A DNA stretch of 64,000 nt from a virus. Taxonomy: Duplodnaviria > Caudoviricetes. The first letter of the stretch is position 1. Each line of letters begins with the position of its first letter. Positions 58,275 through 64,000 of the stretch are shown here, one piece after another. The position numbers were made by a program, and so were the translations under genes. A model generated the notes under the pieces. That model made no database searches, was not told the origin of the DNA, and was given only the letters and a program-made list of their open reading frames with translations. The stretch covers positions 535 to 64,534 of the IMG/VR virus record IMGVR_UViG_3300035698_001480, one strand, 5' to 3'.

Positions 58275-61200
58275 TTATATAGTTATTCTTTGAAAGAAAG
58301 TTGATAGTTTATGTAAAACTAATCTTCTATCATTATTGTTTTTAAATCTTAATCTCATCTTACAGAAAGGACCTCTTAGTCTATCGTAGTCATTATATAC
58401 ACCTTGATCTACTGTAGAAAATACATAATAGTCATCTGGTGCATAATCTGCTATGTTATAATCACCAATAAGGTATTCTTCTCTAAATATAATATCTCTA
58501 GGAATTGTAGTTCTCCAATGATCTATATTTCTTCTTATATTAGCTAATAGATAAGGATCATCAATACCATTAGTTCTAAATCTGGTCATGTCTGGACTAG
58601 GTATATTATTTCCCTCAGTATAAAACTCAGTCCTAATGGTCTCTAAATCTTCTCTAGCCACTTCACCAACTGTTGATGTTCTTATATCTGTATCATCAGA
58701 TAATGGATATAATAATACCTCTTCACTTTGCTGATAGTCATTCTCCACCTGTATGGAGTATAAAGTTTCATTATCAATAGTTTTACCATTCTCCAATACT
58801 TCCGAGTAAAATTCAAAGTTATTATACTCTTTAACCATTGAACTACTATCTGTAATGATAATGTCCATATAAGTGTCTACAGGATCTCTGTCATAGAATA
58901 CACACATTACCCCTATGTTATGTCTAAATAAAGACGTATAATCCTCTGTTGTAAAGAAGCCTTTATTAAATTTGATATACATCTCTGGCAAGAAGTCATA
59001 GAAACCTGTAAACGCTTGTAAAGCCTCATTATAAGCCAGTGTGAAATTATCATTATATTTAGCATAGTAGGTCAGATCTATATTCTTCTCCCCAATGCCA
59101 TCATTAATAACATCAATCTCATAACTGTCAGGATTAATATTTAATACTTTAGTATCCTTAAATGCACCAAAATCATATTTATGATCTTTATGTATATTAT
59201 AATACTCAGTATCTTCTACATTAACTATATTACCAACTCTATTAGCATCTAACATTGAATTATTTCTAAAGTCTATTATTTCTTCTTTAACTATAGAAAT
59301 ATCTCTTATACCAATTATGTCTATGTCTCCATTATCCATAACATACTTCCCAATACTGACCTCATATCCAGATTTCATATTTCCACCCCAAACTCTAGCA
59401 TATACATGATCTCCAATATTTAATCCGACAGCCCATATTCTTTGTTGTGCTGTTATATCTTTATACCCATCACCATCAAGATCATCTGTACCACCGACTG
59501 CGGTACTTAGCCCTGTATGAACACCACTAACTGTCATCATTGGAACGGTCCCTAGATCTGCTCCTACTGCTGCATGAAACTCAGCAATTCCTGTAGGAAT
59601 AGTTAAATTACCACCATTATGTTGTATTGGTGTTCCTACAGAATCAACTACATTGGCACTACCTATAAATAAAGGGTTATGGTTATATACTATAGGATAC
59701 ACATTTTCTGAGTAATTAGGGTGTATTGCCCATTTTCTACATGTATATTCATTATAATAAATACCATTATTTTTATTTGGCATTTTATCATCATTAAAAG
59801 GGTCAGGATACGTAATTGTCTCAGTTACGGCATCTTGAGCATAAGCATCTAAGTCCCATCCGCTAGTTCCAAGTACTTCATCACCCGCAGCATTTGCTGG
59901 GTAATAAAAATTACTAGATGCTACTCCACCGCCAAGATAATCTGTATCTGATATATGTGAAGAAGCTACTGTATCATCATTACCTATAAGAACTTGTTGT
60001 AAAGTATGTGGACCAACTATTAATTCAAAACAATCAGCTAATCCACCAGCATAACAATCCATGAAGATTGTAGTGTTATCTTTAGTGATATTATCAGTAA
60101 GATCTATAAGCGCAGGACTAAGATCCTCTCCTGATACAGATTCCCCAAGAGTAACTTTAGAGACTGCTGATATATTAGTATAAGGAGTGAAATTTCCTAA
60201 GCCATCTTCTAACCCATTAATTTCAACTTCATCACCTGTTTTTATAACTTCGTACTTACTTCCTGTATATCTCTCAACTGTAGATACAAAGTTATTTATA
60301 GTATCAGTTAATGTAGCACCAATTTTAAAGTATTGGGCATCATTTCTATTTAAACTTGCTTTAAAACTATATGATGTATTATCAATAGATAGGATAACGG
60401 CGTTCCCTTTTAATACCTCAGTGAACTTAATAGTTACAGAAGGTTTAGTATAAAACTTATTGATAGTAGAAGACTCAGTTCTATTTCTTATAGTCAATAA
60501 TACTTCAGTATATTTAGAATCATATATTCCTTTTAACACAGAGTCATTTGATAGCCCATATTCAAACCAAGAATTCAGCCCTTTCAGATCATCTAAAGAT
60601 TCTAAACTAGAACCTAGTGTATATACTTTCTTCTTATTAAGATCAAGGAAATACATTGCGTTTAAGGACTTAATAACTTTATTCCTGTGTTGTATACCTA
60701 TTTCAGTACTTATATACTTAAACCTATCTAAAATACCACCTGTACCTACTATAAGGTTACTTCCTATATCTGTAGAAACTATTTCTTTCTCATTAATAGC
60801 TACTAGACTAATTCCTGATTCTTGATAACAGAATATATTATCGTTGAATTCTACTAGAGATTTAACTTGTCCATATTCTGATTGAGCTTCCTTAAAGTTA
60901 TTAGTTTTAAACTTTATCCAACTATCTCTCTCTTCACCATTTATCTTTAAATCTGAGTATTTTACTTTTACATCAAAAACCCCATTTAAAGAATAATCTA
61001 AAGGTTTTGGTAAATATGTCTTTCCTGTACTTAGTTTAGAATAAACATCATCATAAAGATATAAATCTGTTAAATCTACACCTTGTGTTAAATCTGTATA
61101 TCCTGTCTCATTAAGCCATATAAGCGATTCTGGTGGATAATCTATTATTTTATGATAACAATCATCATATCTATATGCTAGATTGTATTTAGATTCTATA

Positions 61201-63800
61201 GGGAAATATATTACCTCTTGTATACGCTCGGCAGCTAATGCATCTGGTTCATCAGCATATATAGTTCGTAGATAATCATAATAACATATAAAAGTATCAC
61301 CATAATCTGCTATTCCACTATTTAAAGCAGAAGCTTCTATATAGTTATTGGTTAGTCTATCTTCATAAGTATTGCCTCCGTACCCTATAATATTTACTTT
61401 GATATTAAACATAAATATATAGTTAATATCATTTAAAGGAGATACAAAATCATTATCTATTTTCATTATTGCCGATGTGCCTTTATATCCTTGGTGGTTA
61501 TCAACATCCCAACGATACATATAATGTACGTATTGAAATCCCCCTACAACAGCTTTATTGGTAGCTTCAGATCCAGGAATCATGACTTTAAAGTCTTCAA
61601 TACCTTGACTTTGTTTAGGAAATCCTACACAGTTGGAATATTTTCTAACCCATCTATATCCTGAAGAACCCATATTAGCGTTAAGACTTTCATTCCAAGG
61701 AGCTGTAGCCCCTCCTCCAGAAGAATAAGACGTTTCATGTTTTAATCCACCTATAATTTCTAACTTAGATGACGATGCTTTAGCAAATGTTTTATCAAAA
61801 TTTATATCAGGTGAGATAAACTCTATCATCTGTCTATTAAGTAACGAACTTCCAGGATCCCCTGACCATGAAATATAGTTATTTTCCGTATAATCTCTAG
61901 TAGTAGTTACATTAAAAGGCACCACATGTAAAGCTAATGGCTCAGCAGTTTTTCTAATAATTCCTCCCCCTACTCCTTGTGTAGTAATAGTTTTATCCCA
62001 AGACTCCCTCTTAACATATACTATTTTATAATCTAACACTTGACCATTCTGTGTTGGTAAATTACTAACATTAAATATAGGATACATAGGTAGGGCATAT
62101 ACAGCATCTGTACCAGCACTATCAGTAATTGTAATAGGGTGAGTAGTCATAGAAGGCATTCTAATATCACCAATCCATTTAACAAAAGAAGATCTTCCTT
62201 TAACATCAAGAAAAGTTATACCAAATCTATATATCTCATCTCTTTGAAAGTTCTTCTTACTTCCTCTAATCCAATCATCGTTAGCTAATAATGTATATGT
62301 AGTACCATTTATAGAAACTGAACCTGCTGTATCATTTATTGCAGTATCCATAGTAATAGGAAGTGGGGAATTTAATCCTGGTTTAATATTATCCTCAATC
62401 TTATATACAGCATCTTCTACAAAAGTATAGGAGATATTATATCCTGTACCCCCTAATTCTCCAGTTAGATTTGTATTATATGTATCTAACGCAGAATAAT
62501 CTAAATCTAAAATATTAGTTGTATTAATAGAATCTAATGTCTCCGGAAGAGATAGTACATCATAGCTTTTTCCTGTTAAAGTATAAGCTCCTGTATAAGG
62601 AGTCTCAGTAGGATCTAATGACCACTCTAAGAATATAAAACCATTACCTAAACTATAATCACATACATACTTAGTCTCACCGCTTTCTCCATATATTACA
62701 GAAATTTCTGAACCATCATATCTAAATGCTCTAGCATCATAATTCACATCAAAATATTGTTCATTAATATTACCTACAAATAATCTATTATCCTTAGCTG
62801 CTAAAGTTTGGCAAGTAAAATCATAATTTTCTTCTTTATACTCTTCAACCTCTAAAGTACCATAGTTACTAACACCGCCTGTATCGGTGAAATATATAGT
62901 AGTGGAAGTACTCTTACTATCAATGATTGTTACATTAGGTAATCCTTCTCTATCAGCATACCACAAGCTTACTATCTCTATTTTATCATACTCATCTACT
63001 GTAGTCTGATTTAACTCTATTTTACCTCTTATACCTTTTTTAGTGTTAGTATCTACTTCTTGACCACCTGTAGACTGCCCTCTTAACTTAGCAGTACCAC
63101 AGGTTTCACTATAACTGGTTAAAGGTATTAATTCACTTGCTGGGCTGAATATACTAGTACTACCTTTTAGATTGTAAAGTCTATAAGCATACTGTATCAT
63201 TCCACTATTTAAGCTTCCTGAGGTATAACCTATAAACTCTGGTGTAGTAAAGTCTGTATCAGATATTAAATCTAATTGTTCTAAAGGTGTTGCATTTACT
63301 CTAGTATAATTACTACTAAATGAAGCATTTGTACCAACATTGTGAGCTATATTTAAAAACCTTAGGGTATTTACACCATCACTCCAATAAATTTTAATAG
63401 CTTCAGGAGATTCATATCTCCCTGCTACCATATCTATTTCTATCGGGTTCCCTTTAAAGAAATTTAAATCAGCATTCTCATATAGAGTTATAGGATTGAA
63501 GGAATCATTATCATTATATAATAATATAATCTTACCATATCCTTCATTACCTACATCGGCTAAGAATAATACTATATTCTCTCTTATAGTAACATACCCA
63601 ATAATATCAAAGTTAGGATATAGTTGGGTTATAGCTAGTTCAAAGGTGTTTCCTTCTATATTAGTAATATCAAAATACTCATTACCTTTATCAGAGATTA
63701 TCCTACCATTATGAAGATGGTAGATAGTATCTTGAGGAACATCAATTTTATTTATATCCTTATTTAACCCTTTATTAAATCTGTTTATTAGTTGTTCCAT
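58275..63800 (-). CDS. tail stabilization / muzzle protein (P22 gp10-like beta-propeller)
   Basis: 1841 aa; FNKGLNKD, KIYWSDG, QYAYRLYN, KDNRLFVGNI, FQRDEIYRFGI, WIGDIRMP, YGDTF, DSW..F, TLAYNE. Confidence 0.85.
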   Translation of the reverse strand: MEQLINRFNKGLNKDINKIDVPQDTIYHLHNGRIISDKGNEYFDITNIEGNTFELAITQLYPNFDIIGYVTIRENIVLFLADVGNEGYGKIILLYNDNDSFNPITLYENADLNFFKGNPIEIDMVAGRYESPEAIKIYWSDGVNTLRFLNIAHNVGTNASFSSNYTRVNATPLEQLDLISDTDFTTPEFIGYTSGSLNSGMIQYAYRLYNLKGSTSIFSPASELIPLTSYSETCGTAKLRGQSTGGQEVDTNTKKGIRGKIELNQTTVDEYDKIEIVSLWYADREGLPNVTIIDSKSTSTTIYFTDTGGVSNYGTLEVEEYKEENYDFTCQTLAAKDNRLFVGNINEQYFDVNYDARAFRYDGSEISVIYGESGETKYVCDYSLGNGFIFLEWSLDPTETPYTGAYTLTGKSYDVLSLPETLDSINTTNILDLDYSALDTYNTNLTGELGGTGYNISYTFVEDAVYKIEDNIKPGLNSPLPITMDTAINDTAGSVSINGTTYTLLANDDWIRGSKKNFQRDEIYRFGITFLDVKGRSSFVKWIGDIRMPSMTTHPITITDSAGTDAVYALPMYPIFNVSNLPTQNGQVLDYKIVYVKRESWDKTITTQGVGGGIIRKTAEPLALHVVPFNVTTTRDYTENNYISWSGDPGSSLLNRQMIEFISPDINFDKTFAKASSSKLEIIGGLKHETSYSSGGGATAPWNESLNANMGSSGYRWVRKYSNCVGFPKQSQGIEDFKVMIPGSEATNKAVVGGFQYVHYMYRWDVDNHQGYKGTSAIMKIDNDFVSPLNDINYIFMFNIKVNIIGYGGNTYEDRLTNNYIEASALNSGIADYGDTFICYYDYLRTIYADEPDALAAERIQEVIYFPIESKYNLAYRYDDCYHKIIDYPPESLIWLNETGYTDLTQGVDLTDLYLYDDVYSKLSTGKTYLPKPLDYSLNGVFDVKVKYSDLKINGEERDSWIKFKTNNFKEAQSEYGQVKSLVEFNDNIFCYQESGISLVAINEKEIVSTDIGSNLIVGTGGILDRFKYISTEIGIQHRNKVIKSLNAMYFLDLNKKKVYTLGSSLESLDDLKGLNSWFEYGLSNDSVLKGIYDSKYTEVLLTIRNRTESSTINKFYTKPSVTIKFTEVLKGNAVILSIDNTSYSFKASLNRNDAQYFKIGATLTDTINNFVSTVERYTGSKYEVIKTGDEVEINGLEDGLGNFTPYTNISAVSKVTLGESVSGEDLSPALIDLTDNITKDNTTIFMDCYAGGLADCFELIVGPHTLQQVLIGNDDTVASSHISDTDYLGGGVASSNFYYPANAAGDEVLGTSGWDLDAYAQDAVTETITYPDPFNDDKMPNKNNGIYYNEYTCRKWAIHPNYSENVYPIVYNHNPLFIGSANVVDSVGTPIQHNGGNLTIPTGIAEFHAAVGADLGTVPMMTVSGVHTGLSTAVGGTDDLDGDGYKDITAQQRIWAVGLNIGDHVYARVWGGNMKSGYEVSIGKYVMDNGDIDIIGIRDISIVKEEIIDFRNNSMLDANRVGNIVNVEDTEYYNIHKDHKYDFGAFKDTKVLNINPDSYEIDVINDGIGEKNIDLTYYAKYNDNFTLAYNEALQAFTGFYDFLPEMYIKFNKGFFTTEDYTSLFRHNIGVMCVFYDRDPVDTYMDIIITDSSSMVKEYNNFEFYSEVLENGKTIDNETLYSIQVENDYQQSEEVLLYPLSDDTDIRTSTVGEVAREDLETIRTEFYTEGNNIPSPDMTRFRTNGIDDPYLLANIRRNIDHWRTTIPRDIIFREEYLIGDYNIADYAPDDYYVFSTVDQGVYNDYDRLRGPFCKMRLRFKNNNDRRLVLHKLSTFFQRITI

Positions 63801-63829
63801 AATTCATTTTTAAACTATTTTTTGTTCCA

Positions 63830-64000
63830 TTATAATTCGTCTAAATTCTCTAACTGACTACCTTCTACATTACTTAAATAAGCATCCACTAAAGGCTGAT
63901 CTTCAATAGAAACGACAGGAATATATAAATCTACCCATTCACCATTATCAATATTGATATTATGATCAGAATCTACACGTTTAGCGGGGTTCTCTTTCAT
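63830..64000 (-). CDS. 3' end of a structural-module gene (likely truncated by window edge)
   Basis: Open frame from the edge to TAA at 63832-63830 (...GSQLENLDEL*). Confidence 0.5.
   Translation of the reverse strand: MKENPAKRVDSDHNINIDNGEWVDLYIPVVSIEDQPLVDAYLSNVEGSQLENLDEL

Noticed and set aside
31907-63714. Plus-strand ORFs in the track within the structural block (e.g. 34802, 44922, 49131, 60460)
   Set aside because: Antisense shadows of long minus-strand genes with Ser/Leu/Phe-rich composition
1-64000. Stop-codon reassignment (TAG or TGA), known in some crAss-like phages
   Set aside because: Genes up to 5290 aa are open in the standard code; TAG (e.g. 10555-10557) and TGA (22388-22390) end genes normally; no suppressor tRNA seen
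1-64000. Diversity-generating retroelement, integrase or invertible locus
   Set aside because: No reverse transcriptase, recombinase or template/variable repeat pair seen in this window

Overview
AT-rich fragment of a crAss-like (Crassvirales-type) phage genome. A textbook TTTG-N20-TAnnTTTG promoter and a DUF4494-like gene point to a Bacteroidota host. The standard genetic code is used. Two convergent blocks meet at a bidirectional terminator (~30211-30251). The + strand block (1-30209) opens with a ~1.9 kb mostly non-coding region holding tRNA-like and hairpin elements. It then encodes a family A DNA polymerase, SF2 helicase, DnaB-like helicase, AAA ATPases, two vWA proteins, SSB, primase, a 5'-3' exonuclease broken by one in-frame TAA, MazG, DNA ligase, a ThyX-like enzyme, a nucleotidyltransferase, Prim-Pol and an Rnl2-type RNA ligase. 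The - strand block (30250-64000) encodes tail/muzzle, ring and IHF-like proteins plus ejected cargo proteins, including a 5290-aa virion RNA polymerase. The most notable observations are: (i) two candidate small RNAs built as 5' structure + antisense copy of a Bacteroidota translation-start region + terminator, one fused to a tRNA-mimic; (ii) SLOG-like and NADAR domains inserted in the virion RNAP next to an ART- and nuclease-bearing cargo protein; (iii) a MoxR-vWA-NTase-PrimPol module; (iv) several single-base reading-frame disruptions. All calls come from motif reading by eye; no searches were run.
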